Shown: piece after piece, positions 1 through 8,284 of the stretch
Layout: the number at the start of each line of letters is the position of its first letter
Position numbering within the stretch: the first letter of the stretch is position 1
Assembly: GCF_000186885.1 (NCBI RefSeq)
Contig: NC_014972.1
Location: forward strand, 3,000,001-3,032,000
From: Desulfobulbus propionicus DSM 2032
GTDB taxonomy: Bacteria; Desulfobacterota; Desulfobulbia; Desulfobulbales; Desulfobulbaceae
Direction: 5' to 3'
Length of the DNA stretch: 32,000 nucleotides
Translations under genes and position numbers: made by a program
Notes under the pieces: generated by a model
Database searches by the model: none
Seen by the model: only the letters and a program-made list of their open reading frames with translations
What the model was told of the DNA's origin: nothing

Positions 1-141
1 CGACAAGACCAGCCCGGGCCCTTCCTCATCCTCGCAGAGGTAATAGAAGCTGGCATGCAGGGCCACCTCGGGAATCTCGCCGGAATGGCGCACCAACAAC
101 CATTCTTCCTCCAGCAGAGACTGGCGATTACTGAGGTTCAC
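1..141 (-). CDS. Partial hypothetical protein (N-terminal 47 codons; continues beyond the window start)
   Basis: Reading the minus strand gives GTG at 141..139, overlapping the hemA stop (GTGA), preceded by AGGAAG. The frame is open to position 1: MNLSNRQSLLEEEWLLVRHSGEIPEVALHASFYYLCEDEEGPGLVLS. No family recognised; not in the ORF track because it is open-ended. Confidence 0.3.
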   Translation of the reverse strand, partial: MNLSNRQSLLEEEWLLVRHSGEIPEVALHASFYYLCEDEEGPGLVLS

Positions 142-1430
142 GGTTCTTCCTGCCCATTGTCGCCGTTATCGAGATGGTACAATTCGCGAATGGTCTTGAT
201 CCGTTCAGGCAGACTGATGCAGTGATTGTCGCTTTTGAGATAATGCAAGGGGGGATAGGCCATTTTTCCGGTCAGGGCGGCCACCATTTTCTCCAAACCC
301 TGACGCTTCTCCCCTTCCATTTCCTCAAACCGTCCCAACGTTTTTTCCACCTCCGAGCGAATGTGCCGCTCGATCGTCGCTCGCAGCTGGATGATGGTCG
401 GGGTTGATTCCATGTTCGCCAGCCATTTGCCGAATTTCAGTTTTTCCTCGGCAATGATCCGCTGGGCCTTGACGGCTTCCTTGTCGCGTTCGGACTTGTT
501 CATCTCGACCACATTGTGCAGGTCGTCGATGTCATAGAGATAGACATTGTCCAATTGGTTGATGGACGGATCAAGATCGCGGGGCACGGCGATATCGATG
601 AAGAACAGCGGCCGGTTGCGCCGTTCACGCATCACCGACCGTACATCCTCCTTGCGCAGAATCAGTTCGGGCGACCCAGTGGAGCTGATGATGATGTCGA
701 CAAACTGCAACTGATCAAGCAGCTCTTCCAAAGAAACCGCACGACCATGATAACAGCGGGCCAGGTTGATCGCCCGCTGGAGGGTTCGATTGGCCACCAC
801 CACCTCGGCAACACCCTGCCCGACCAGATGTTCGGCAGCGAGCTCCGCCATTTCGCCGGCCCCGACCAGCAAGACTTTTTTTCCGCCGAGATCGCCGAAA
901 ATTTTTCTCGCCAGCTCGACCGCCGCATAGCTGATGGAGACGGCGCTGGCACCGATCCTGGTTTCGGTGCGCACCCGCTTGGCCACGGAAAAAGACTTAT
1001 GCAGCAGCTTGTTCAGAATAAAACCGCTGCTACCCATTTTGGTAGCGTGACGGTATGCCTCTTTGAGCTGACCAAGAATCTGGGCCTCGCCGACAATCAT
1101 CGAGTCAAGACTGGCTGCGACCAGAAAGAGATGCTCAACAGCCTGGTCATTGACATAACGATATACATACCGGTCGAGTTCCTCGGTGGTAATCCCGTGG
1201 GCGAAGAGCAGTTCAAGCACCGCCTTCGTCGCCTCGTCCACGTTCCGGCAAGTAAAGAGCACCTCCACCCGGTTGCAGGTGGAAAGCAGATAGTACTCGC
1301 GTAATTTCTCCAAGGTGCCCAAAGCTTTCAGCGGTTCCTCGTAACCTGCCGAAAGGGCCAGTTTCTCACGGACAGCCACCGGCGTCGTCTTGTGGTTGAC
1401 GCCAAGCAGCACTATGGCGTCACGAGACAT
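138..1430 (-). CDS. hemA: Glutamyl-tRNA reductase
   Basis: Track ORF 138..1565, trimmed to the ATG at 1430 (MSRDAIVLLGVNHKTTPVAVREKL). It has the HemA active-site motif LLSTCNRVEV and the NADPH-binding motif LLVGAGEMAE. The region upstream of 1430 overlaps the preceding gene. Confidence 0.95.
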   Translation of the reverse strand: MSRDAIVLLGVNHKTTPVAVREKLALSAGYEEPLKALGTLEKLREYYLLSTCNRVEVLFTCRNVDEATKAVLELLFAHGITTEELDRYVYRYVNDQAVEHLFLVAASLDSMIVGEAQILGQLKEAYRHATKMGSSGFILNKLLHKSFSVAKRVRTETRIGASAVSISYAAVELARKIFGDLGGKKVLLVGAGEMAELAAEHLVGQGVAEVVVANRTLQRAINLARCYHGRAVSLEELLDQLQFVDIIISSTGSPELILRKEDVRSVMRERRNRPLFFIDIAVPRDLDPSINQLDNVYLYDIDDLHNVVEMNKSERDKEAVKAQRIIAEEKLKFGKWLANMESTPTIIQLRATIERHIRSEVEKTLGRFEEMEGEKRQGLEKMVAALTGKMAYPPLHYLKSDNHCISLPERIKTIRELYHLDNGDNGQEEP

Positions 1431-2238
1431 AAGTATGCACCCCTTCCAAAAGAAAGGAAACGCCCCACAGGGTGAACAGCACGGACAAAAAGGCCACGAT
1501 ACTGAGAATGGCCACTCGGCGTCCCCGCCAGCCCACGGTGAAGCGCTGATGCACGGCGGCAGCATAGAGGAACCAGGTAATCAGCGACCAGGTTTCCTTG
1601 GGATCCCAGTGCCAATAGGCCCCCCAAGCCTGCTTGGCCCATAACGAGCCGGTGATCAGTCCAAGGGTGAACAAGGGAAAACCGACACTCAGGCAATGGT
1701 GATTCAGCTTGTCCAACGCCTCCAAGGAAGGCAGGCGCGAATAGAACAGTCCGAATCGTTTTGTTTTGATTTCACGCTCCTGCAGCAGATACATGATCCC
1801 GCCGATGCAGGCCAAGGCCAGAAATCCGTCGGCAAACAGGGTGATGGAGGCATGGATCGGCAGCCACCAGGACTGCAGAGCCGGCGGCAAAGGCACCATG
1901 CCGCGGGAGGAAAAGGCCGCGACCAGCATCAGCCCCAGGACGAGGGTGCTAACAAAGATGCCCAAATTCTTGACCGTATATCGCCAACGAAAGGACAGAT
2001 AACAGCACCCCACCGACCAGGCGAAAAACGAGACGGTCTCGTGATGGCTGGTAATGGGAGTATGGCCGGTTTCAATGGCGCGGGCGAAGAGATTGGCGGT
2101 GTGGATGCAGAAGGCGGTCAAGAAAATGGCCCGGCCGGTCCTGCGCAACGCTGCTTTTTGATTGAGAAAGAACACCAGATAGGCGGCGGTGGACAGCATG
2201 TAGACCGCGACGCTTCCCTGAAAGAGCAGAAAACTCAT
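1420..2238 (-). CDS. CcsA/HemX-like cytochrome c assembly family integral membrane protein
   Basis: The 272-aa polytopic protein carries a W-rich region (WGAYWHWDPKETWSLITW) typical of the CcsA/CcmC/HemX family. AAGGAG SD lies upstream of the ATG at 2238. There is an ATGA overlap with the upstream gene and an 11-nt overlap with hemA. Confidence 0.85.
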   Translation of the reverse strand: MSFLLFQGSVAVYMLSTAAYLVFFLNQKAALRRTGRAIFLTAFCIHTANLFARAIETGHTPITSHHETVSFFAWSVGCCYLSFRWRYTVKNLGIFVSTLVLGLMLVAAFSSRGMVPLPPALQSWWLPIHASITLFADGFLALACIGGIMYLLQEREIKTKRFGLFYSRLPSLEALDKLNHHCLSVGFPLFTLGLITGSLWAKQAWGAYWHWDPKETWSLITWFLYAAAVHQRFTVGWRGRRVAILSIVAFLSVLFTLWGVSFLLEGVHTYVS

Positions 2239-2900
2239 GGATTCTCCTTGATCAAGATCTCCAATTCACGGTCGACTGGCCGACCGAGCACGCTCTCCAG
2301 GTGCTGCTGAATGTTTGCCCATTGCCGCTCCCGGAGCCAATCGACTATATCGTCATGGAGTATCTTTTGAAACAGATTCTTGACCTCCATGTTGCGGTCT
2401 TCCTCGGCCAGCATCTGTTCGCGCAATAGGAAGGCAAGCCGGGTAAGAAGCGCCCACTCCTCGCCGAATTCACGCTCCAGCCGCTTCCGGACCATGGCCG
2501 CCACAGCCGGACTCTTGCCGTTGGTGGCCACGCTCACTGTCAAGTCGCCCCGACGAATGGTTGCAGGTACCTGAAAGGTGCATAATTGTGGCGCATTGGC
2601 GACATTGATCAGCAGGCCTGCCGCCCGCGCATCCCGATGGACAGCGGCCTGCACGGTGGATAGATTGGTGGCGGCAAAGACGAGAAAGGCTCCCTCAAGG
2701 TCGGAGGGGTGATACTTTTTCTGTCGCCATTCCACGGCCCGGTTCTCTATCAGCGACAACAACCCCCGCGTCACCTCCGGACTGACAACGCGTACCACGC
2801 CTGCAGAGATGAGCAGTCCCCGCACCTTGCGTTCCGCGACTTGTCCGCCGCCGATAACCACGCACAGCCGTTCGGCAATGTCAAGACATACAGGATACAT
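2235..2900 (-). CDS. Precorrin-2 dehydrogenase / sirohydrochlorin ferrochelatase (siroheme synthase N-terminal domain, SirC/Met8-like)
   Basis: Rossmann motif LCVVIGGGQVAERK near the N-terminus, and a size (~220 aa) typical of the CysG N-domain. The start is uncertain: ATG at 2900 (MYPVCLDI...) or GTG at 2933. The stop overlaps the next start (ATGA). Confidence 0.85.
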   Translation of the reverse strand: MYPVCLDIAERLCVVIGGGQVAERKVRGLLISAGVVRVVSPEVTRGLLSLIENRAVEWRQKKYHPSDLEGAFLVFAATNLSTVQAAVHRDARAAGLLINVANAPQLCTFQVPATIRRGDLTVSVATNGKSPAVAAMVRKRLEREFGEEWALLTRLAFLLREQMLAEEDRNMEVKNLFQKILHDDIVDWLRERQWANIQQHLESVLGRPVDRELEILIKENP

Positions 2901-2973
2901 CGTGGTCGTACAGGTCAAAGGTTCACTCTGCACGCATCGTTTGCAGAGACGATCCGCCTTGGCAAAAAGGCGA

Positions 2974-3675
2974 TCAATTCCGTGATTGCAACGGCTGCAA
3001 ACGGGTCAGGAGAATAATTTTATCTTCGTCATAACTTTTCAACTTTCTCTGCGAGGCGGCAATCCGGTATTCCTGTTCAGCCATTTTCAGAAACGGCTCA
3101 AGGCTGCGGCGCTTGATATCATGGGCCAGGTACACCACGCCGTTTGGTTTGAGCGCCTTACGGAGGACATCAAGCAGTGGCTGGAAAAATTCTTCCCGAA
3201 AGAGGATCTCAGCCCCGACGATGACGTCGTATTGTTCCATCGCCGGCGGGTCGAGCCAATCGAGCATGGCAAATTGAACACCGTCAAGCTTGCTGGCTGC
3301 GGCGTTGACCCGTTCAAAATCGAGAATTAGCTGTTCATAATCACTTAATGTGACAGTATACCCACAAGCTGCGGCGGTCAAACCAGGTGCACCCAGCCCA
3401 GCCCCTAGCTCGAGAAGTGTCGTCCCCTTTTCGCACGGAAGGCCAGCGATAAATTCGGATAACACAATGGCCGCTTCCCACAACCGAATCCAGAAAGGAA
3501 AGGTGGACACATCTTTCAACGGGTCCTTGCCCTCGAGAATCTGCTCCAGATCGGTGATTTTGAGCAGTTGCAATTTATGCTCCCTGATTTTGAGCGGTTC
3601 AAAGGCCACGGTGTACCGCTCTTTGATGGCTTGGTACAAGGCCCGCTCCTCAGCCGGCAAGGTTTGTGGATCCAT
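2974..3675 (-). CDS. Class I SAM-dependent methyltransferase (Methyltransf_16 / protein-lysine-MT-like)
   Basis: 233 aa with SAM motif I LLELGAGLGAPGLTAA followed by TLSDY, and post-I/II motifs (DVIVGAEILF). The substrate is unknown. Confidence 0.75.
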   Translation of the reverse strand: MDPQTLPAEERALYQAIKERYTVAFEPLKIREHKLQLLKITDLEQILEGKDPLKDVSTFPFWIRLWEAAIVLSEFIAGLPCEKGTTLLELGAGLGAPGLTAAACGYTVTLSDYEQLILDFERVNAAASKLDGVQFAMLDWLDPPAMEQYDVIVGAEILFREEFFQPLLDVLRKALKPNGVVYLAHDIKRRSLEPFLKMAEQEYRIAASQRKLKSYDEDKIILLTRLQPLQSRN

Positions 3676-3791
3676 GTTTATGTGTCTCTAGGTGTGGTGA
3701 AAGAAAATTCCGATCCTGCCCGATAAGCCAGCGCGCTTCCCTGTCTACTTCCACTCAAGGCGCGGCCACCAGACACTCAATACGGGACAAT

Positions 3792-3829
3792 AAAAAAAGA
3801 GCGGGTCGATTATCGAATCGGCCCGCTCT
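3792..3829 (-). terminator. Rho-independent terminator of the small secreted-peptide gene
   Basis: Minus strand reads AGAGCGGGCCGAT-TCGATA-ATCGACCCGCTCT followed by TTTTTTA. The stem is 13 bp with one mismatch, and it starts 28 nt after the stop codon. Confidence 0.8.
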
Positions 3830-3856
3830 TCATTCTTGCAGAAATATTTCAGACTA

Positions 3857-4042
3857 TCAGCAGCCTTCCAGGGCTTTTTTAGCCTTCATGGTCACATTGT
3901 CACCAGCCTTTACATCAACCTTGTCGCAGGTGACAGTCACTTTATTGCCGTCAACACTGTCAACGGTGCATTTGGCAGCAAAGACTGCACCCGCGCTCAA
4001 AACAAAAGCCGCAACCATCATACCGATTACAATTTTTTTCAT
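3857..4042 (-). CDS. Small secreted tri-cysteine peptide (61-aa precursor, about 38 aa mature), unknown family
   Basis: ATG at 4042 is preceded by GGAGAG. The product is MKKIVIGMMVAAFVLSAGAVFAAKCTVDSVDGNKVTVTCDKVDVKAGDNVTMKAKKALEGC. It has a classic Sec signal peptide (AFA|AK). It has its own promoter and terminator. The track shows it inside a longer 91-aa ORF. Confidence 0.7.
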   Translation of the reverse strand: MKKIVIGMMVAAFVLSAGAVFAAKCTVDSVDGNKVTVTCDKVDVKAGDNVTMKAKKALEGC

Positions 4043-4103
4043 GGCACTCTCCATTATGAAATAGGGTTGTATCTCTAAACCAGTTGCCTCTTTCCTGTGC
4101 CAC

Positions 4104-4132
4104 AATCTAAGAAATACGCATGGGAATGTCAA
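4104..4132 (-). promoter_or_regulatory. Sigma-70-type promoter for the small peptide gene
   Basis: Minus strand reads TTGACA (4132..4127), a 17-nt spacer, then TAGATT (4109..4104). This is about 55 nt upstream of the ATG. Confidence 0.55.
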
Positions 4133-4171
4133 CAGCTATTCACCGATGGCAGTGACAGGGCTTCAGCAAGT

Positions 4172-4663
4172 TCAAAGTACTGATACGATATCTTTTTCCA
4201 ACAAACTGTGCGGCACAAAACCGGGATATTTTTTCACGACATGGCCATTCCTGTTGACAAGAAACGAGGTCGGAATCGCTACCACGCCACCAAAATTTTG
4301 GGTTGTTTTCCGGTCCGCCATCAAAACCTGATAGTTGATCTCCGCCCGTTTGACCAATTGGGCCACCGCTCGTGAAGGGCCTTCATCAACGGAAAGCGCC
4401 ACCACAGCAAAGCCTTGGGGTTGGAACCGGGCATGCAACGCTTTCAGGGTTGGAATTTCCTGCAGACAGGGAGGACACCACGTGGCGAAAAAAGTTATCA
4501 ACATGGCCTTTCCACGATACATTTCGCTGGTAACAACTGCACCATCGATGGCGGTTGGCAAAGAAAAGGCAGGCATCATCACCGCCCCCTGCACCCGCAC
4601 GGACAAACCGAAAACAACTACCGAAAAAATCAGCAATCTCAACGCAACCATATACTTTTTCAT
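4172..4663 (-). CDS. TlpA/ResA-family periplasmic thiol:disulfide oxidoreductase (thioredoxin fold)
   Basis: Active site FFATWCPPCLQEIP. An N-terminal membrane anchor/signal follows the ATG at 4663 (MKKYMVALRLLIFSVVVFGL). The longer track ORF (to 4777) has no better start context. Confidence 0.85.
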   Translation of the reverse strand: MKKYMVALRLLIFSVVVFGLSVRVQGAVMMPAFSLPTAIDGAVVTSEMYRGKAMLITFFATWCPPCLQEIPTLKALHARFQPQGFAVVALSVDEGPSRAVAQLVKRAEINYQVLMADRKTTQNFGGVVAIPTSFLVNRNGHVVKKYPGFVPHSLLEKDIVSVL

Positions 4664-4797
4664 ATCTTTCAATCTCTGTAGCGCATCGCTCCCCCACTCT
4701 CTCATGACGAAACCTGGCACCCTTGGCAATTGCGTGGCAGCCTTACCCCGCGCGATCCCCTGCTGTTTTTTGAACAACCGGCGTTGGTTGCCATCGA

Positions 4798-5151
4798 TCA
4801 GGCCTTGATATCGAGAAGCGTTTGCAACATATTGTCCGAGACCTGTACGGTTCTCAAATTGGCCGCATACCCATGAGTATTACGCATCAGGTCCGGGATC
4901 TCCTCGCCAAGATCGACATTCGACAATTCCCGCACAGCATAGCCTTGCGCGGTTTCCTCATTGACCACTGGTCCCGGCGCATCGACTCGACCAACCGTCG
5001 CCTGAACACTTTGCGCAACTCCCGCCGACAAAACAACCCGGCTTTTCCTATACCCTTCCGTGTTCAGATTAGCGATATTATGGGCATTACTTTCAATTTT
5101 CGCGGAAAATGCCTGTGCCCCGGATAGAGCTGATTGGATGCCTGATATCAT
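4798..5151 (-). CDS. Short flagellar basal-body rod protein-like protein (FlgC-like, 117 aa)
   Basis: N-terminal rod signature SNAHNIANLNTEGYRK and a C-terminal rod domain LSNVDLGEEIPDLMRNTHGYAANLRTVQVSDNMLQTLLDI. ATG at 5151 is preceded by GAGAGGAAAA. No other flagellar gene occurs in the window. Confidence 0.7.
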   Translation of the reverse strand: MISGIQSALSGAQAFSAKIESNAHNIANLNTEGYRKSRVVLSAGVAQSVQATVGRVDAPGPVVNEETAQGYAVRELSNVDLGEEIPDLMRNTHGYAANLRTVQVSDNMLQTLLDIKA

Positions 5152-5195
5152 GTGTTTTCCTCTCATGCAGAGTAAATTTCTTCTTTTTTTAAGAT

Positions 5196-5211
5196 AGCAA
5201 AACGCGCACCA
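5196..5211 (-). promoter_or_regulatory. Candidate sigma-54 (-24/-12) promoter upstream of the FlgC-like gene
   Basis: Minus strand reads TGGTGCGCGTTTTGCT. The GG and GC dinucleotides have the canonical spacing of TGGCAC-N5-TTGCW. The predicted TSS is about 34 nt upstream of the ATG at 5151. Confidence 0.4.
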
Positions 5212-5368
5212 CATAACAAGACAAGCCTGCTTCGAAAAAAAGCGCCATTGGCTTCTCTTTGGAAAATCATTGCGTCGCCCCCCTCTTCCGGGTAGATAGT
5301 TGTGCGTGCATGAAATTCGTTGCACAGTCGATGCTTCCGATCAACACACCTTTCTTTTTCATCTTACC

Positions 5369-6352
5369 ATGGCATCACGAATCCTCTTTTTTTTAGTCTC
5401 GATCTGCCTTGTTTTCGTCTCGGCAGCCTCAAATGCGAATGTGGTCGACCGGAGCGTCGCGATTGTCAACAATGACACCATCACCCTCTCGGAAGTCAAC
5501 GAGCTGGGCCGGTCGTTTTTCAAGAAAGTCACCGAGGAAACCCCGGCGGATCGATTGCCTGAAGCGTTGCAGCAGGCTCGCAACACGGTGATTGACAAGT
5601 TGATCGACAAAAAGCTTTTGGTTCAAGAAGCCAAGAAACTCGGCATCCAGGTGAGTGATCAGGAAGTCGACAACGCGCTGCAACGGGTTCTTGCCAACAA
5701 CAAGGCCACCATGGAACAATTCCACAAGGAATTACTTGCCATGGGGATGACCGAAAAGCAGTACAAGGAAGAACTCCGCGATCAAATCCTCAGCTCAAAG
5801 CTGATCAATCACGAGGTCCGGACCAAGGTGGTCATTCCCGAAGAAAAAATTCTCGAGTATTATCAATCCAACTACACAAGGCAGGTTGGCGGCGGTGAAC
5901 TTCACCTCCAACAGATCGGATGCACCTGGGGAGAACCTCTCGCCAACGGGGTTGTTCCCAGCCAGGACGATGCAAAGGAAAAAATAAGAAAAGCTTACGA
6001 GAAAGCCAAAGACGGAGATGATTTCAACGAACTGGCGAAGAAATACTCCGACTTGCCTTCCGCCGAGGATGGAGGTGACTTGGGCACCTTTCAACTGCAC
6101 GAATTGGCACCCGCCATGCAACAAGCTGTTGCTCAATTGAAATCCGGAGAGATCAGTCCTGTTGTGCAAATCGATAATGGCTACCACTTTTTCAAGCTCG
6201 TTTCCAGCCAAGGTGGAGCAACCGTTTCCAAGGCTGATTACGAGGCAGTGAAAGAAGAAATCCGGGAAAGACTCTATAAACAAGCCATGGAGGCACGCTT
6301 CAAGGACTGGGTGAAGTCGATCCGCGACAAGGCCTACATCAAAATTCTCTAA
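5369..6352 (+). CDS. SurA-like periplasmic chaperone / parvulin-type peptidyl-prolyl isomerase
   Basis: ATG at 5369 gives the signal peptide MASRILFFLVSICLVFVSAASNA. It has a SurA_N-like helical region and a parvulin domain (GGDLGTFQLHELAPAMQQAV...NGYHFFKL). Confidence 0.85.
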   Translation: MASRILFFLVSICLVFVSAASNANVVDRSVAIVNNDTITLSEVNELGRSFFKKVTEETPADRLPEALQQARNTVIDKLIDKKLLVQEAKKLGIQVSDQEVDNALQRVLANNKATMEQFHKELLAMGMTEKQYKEELRDQILSSKLINHEVRTKVVIPEEKILEYYQSNYTRQVGGGELHLQQIGCTWGEPLANGVVPSQDDAKEKIRKAYEKAKDGDDFNELAKKYSDLPSAEDGGDLGTFQLHELAPAMQQAVAQLKSGEISPVVQIDNGYHFFKLVSSQGGATVSKADYEAVKEEIRERLYKQAMEARFKDWVKSIRDKAYIKIL

Positions 6353-6456
6353 TCTGTCCAGACGAATACCAAACAACAATGATGGAGCATCCACCCGCCC
6401 TGGATATCTGCTCATCCTGAAGAAGCATTAGGCCTTGAGCTGGACGACCTGTTCCC

Positions 6457-7254
6457 ATGACAGTCATAGATCCCTCTGCCGTCCCGACGTGTGAACAGCC
6501 ACGCGTGGGTGAACGGCTCAAAGAAGCACGATTAAAACAATCACTCACCCTGGACGACGTTGCCTCCCGCACACGGGTCTCCCGCTCCACTCTTCGGGCC
6601 ATCGAATCGTCAGAGTACGACCATCTTCCCGCAGACGCCTTTACCCGCGGCCTGATTACCCTGTACGCGAACTTTCTCGGCCTCGTTGGTCCTCAAGTGG
6701 CCGATCAGTTTTTCATGGAAAGAGACGGCGGCAAGCACATCCACCTGTCTTTTCTCAAGAAAAGCCGCATGACGCACGCGCTGGAGCCCAAAAAGCTGGC
6801 CGAACCCACGCATATCTCCTCGGCAGCTCTCGCCACCATTCTGCTTGTGCTCATCGTTGTTTCGTTCACAGGATTTTGTCTGTATTTCGCTTGGAATCCA
6901 TTTGGTTATTTGGTGGATAAGACGCGCAATCTTTCCTCGTCCGTGACCAATACCTTTCACCCTGCGGATCCAGCCACCAGCAGAGAGATACAGCCCCCTC
7001 CCCTTACCGTGCAGGCTGTCTTTCTTACGGATTGCCGCATGCTGGTAGCGTTGGACAATGGAAAGCCTATGGAGCAGACCTACGCCAAGGGAACGAGCAT
7101 GCAATGGACGGCTGAACGGGAAATCCAGCTTGAATTTTCCCAACCAAACAGCGCACAATTACACTTCAACGGTACCCCACTGCCTTTTCCTGACAGCACC
7201 GAGGGACGGTACATCCTTCGCCTGCCAACCCTGTCGATTCCCTATGAAGAATAG
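6457..7254 (+). CDS. rodZ: RodZ-like cytoskeleton protein (HTH + TM + DUF4115)
   Basis: N-terminal XRE-type HTH (GERLKEARLKQSLTLDDVASRTRVSRSTLRAIE), one TM segment (SAALATILLVLIVVSFTGFCLYF) and a C-terminal beta-rich domain. Confidence 0.75.
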   Translation: MTVIDPSAVPTCEQPRVGERLKEARLKQSLTLDDVASRTRVSRSTLRAIESSEYDHLPADAFTRGLITLYANFLGLVGPQVADQFFMERDGGKHIHLSFLKKSRMTHALEPKKLAEPTHISSAALATILLVLIVVSFTGFCLYFAWNPFGYLVDKTRNLSSSVTNTFHPADPATSREIQPPPLTVQAVFLTDCRMLVALDNGKPMEQTYAKGTSMQWTAEREIQLEFSQPNSAQLHFNGTPLPFPDSTEGRYILRLPTLSIPYEE

Positions 7255-8014
7255 CCGCAACACCTGCGGTTTTGTTCTCAAAATAGCCGAGCACGGGGAA
7301 TCGGACAAGTTGGTGACCCTCTATAGCCGCGATGTTGGCCGGATGACCGGTATTGCCAAGGGAGCAAGAAAAAGCAAGCAACGTTTTGTCAACAAGCTTG
7401 AACTGTTTTCCTCGCTCAAAGTCCTGTATCGCCCTCCGCGTGTCCACGGAGGGCTGCATGTATTGGATGACGCGGAATTGCTCAATGCCCGTCTCCCGCT
7501 TCGCCTCGAATACCGGCGCTACGCTGTAGCCATCCACCTCAGCGAGCTGTTTTTGCGTTTTACCCGTGAAAACGACCCCGATGCGCATCTTTACGAACTG
7601 TTGCGCTGGACGCTTGACCTGCTGAGCGTGGACAAGGCTCCACTGAAAATCATGGTCTTCTCCTATCTGCATCTTCTTGCCGCTAGCGGCTATCGTCCAG
7701 AACTTGACCGATGCGGATCGTGCCGACATCCGATCACACCAGGACGCACCTATACACTCATCGCCGCCTCGGGATCCCTCCTTTGCGACGCCTGTCAACC
7801 ACCGCAACGTCATGTTCAGCATCGTCTTTCTGTGCAGACACTCCATATCCTAACCCGCGCACAAACCATGAACCTGGAGCGACTCGGCCGTTTGCAACTA
7901 CCCCGTCATGCCGTTATCGAAGCGATGAATGCCTTGCATCACTACACGCTCCACCTCCTGCAACAGGATATCCATTCCTGGCGGATCAATCGGCTGCTGC
8001 TTGACGAACGGTAA
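7244..8014 (+). CDS. recO: DNA repair protein RecO
   Basis: ATG at 7244 overlaps the rodZ end by 11 nt. It has an N-terminal OB fold (GFVLKIAEHGESDKLVTLYSRDVGRMTGIAKGARKSKQRF) and a Cys4 zinc motif (CGSC...CDAC). Confidence 0.9.
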   Translation: MKNSRNTCGFVLKIAEHGESDKLVTLYSRDVGRMTGIAKGARKSKQRFVNKLELFSSLKVLYRPPRVHGGLHVLDDAELLNARLPLRLEYRRYAVAIHLSELFLRFTRENDPDAHLYELLRWTLDLLSVDKAPLKIMVFSYLHLLAASGYRPELDRCGSCRHPITPGRTYTLIAASGSLLCDACQPPQRHVQHRLSVQTLHILTRAQTMNLERLGRLQLPRHAVIEAMNALHHYTLHLLQQDIHSWRINRLLLDER

Positions 8015-8160
8015 AGTTCCCCCCCGACCATTGCCCCGCCCACCTGAATGTTCTCCTTCTGTCAGTGCACGGTAGACTGAAAATCGCCAAATGCTTCTGC
8101 GCGCATCCTTCCTTTACCCCTCTCCCTTTTTGCTTTTTCCACGGTCGCCAGTTGATTGTG

Positions 8161-8191
8161 TTGACCTTTTTCAGCTTTTGTCGTGTATATT
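8161..8191 (+). promoter_or_regulatory. Weak candidate sigma-70 promoter upstream of the GH17-GT2 gene
   Basis: TTGACC (8161..8166) and TATATT (8186..8191), but the spacer is 19 nt, which is longer than optimal. It is preceded by a CT-rich tract at about 8108..8145. Confidence 0.3.
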
Positions 8192-8284
8192 GTTTTCGGT
8201 TTGCCGCGTACCCTCGAACAGCGGCTCATCTGTCAAGCAGCGCTAATCAATGCATTTTAACCCTTTCACGCAGACATTCTCGCT

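Noticed and set aside
3857-3862. The small tri-Cys peptide ends ...Gly-Cys-TGA-TAG. This raised the idea of a C-terminal Cys-Sec (GCU) redox pair, as in thioredoxin reductase, with the downstream hairpin acting as a SECIS.
   Set aside because: The only stable hairpin starts 28 nt after the TGA, and its apical loop lies about 41 nt away, beyond the usual bacterial SECIS window. The loop (UCGAUA) lacks the expected G in its first positions. The hairpin is followed by a U-tract, so it is an ordinary terminator. A plain stop is the parsimonious reading.
4715-4730. TGGCACCCTTGGCAAT (plus strand) resembles a sigma-54 promoter. A similar minus-strand TGGCACAGCAGGCACTGCA lies at 20694..20712, upstream of the tautomerase-ligA operon.
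   Set aside because: The GG-to-GC spacing is off by 2-3 nt relative to TGGCAC-N5-TTGC in both cases. The first also points antisense to the local genes.
8015-8284. A possible riboswitch (for example c-di-GMP class I) in the 270-bp leader of the polysaccharide synthase gene.
   Set aside because: I could not find the conserved GGCAAACC...GACGCAAAGCC-type core or a convincing multi-stem structure by eye. Only a covariance-model scan could settle it.
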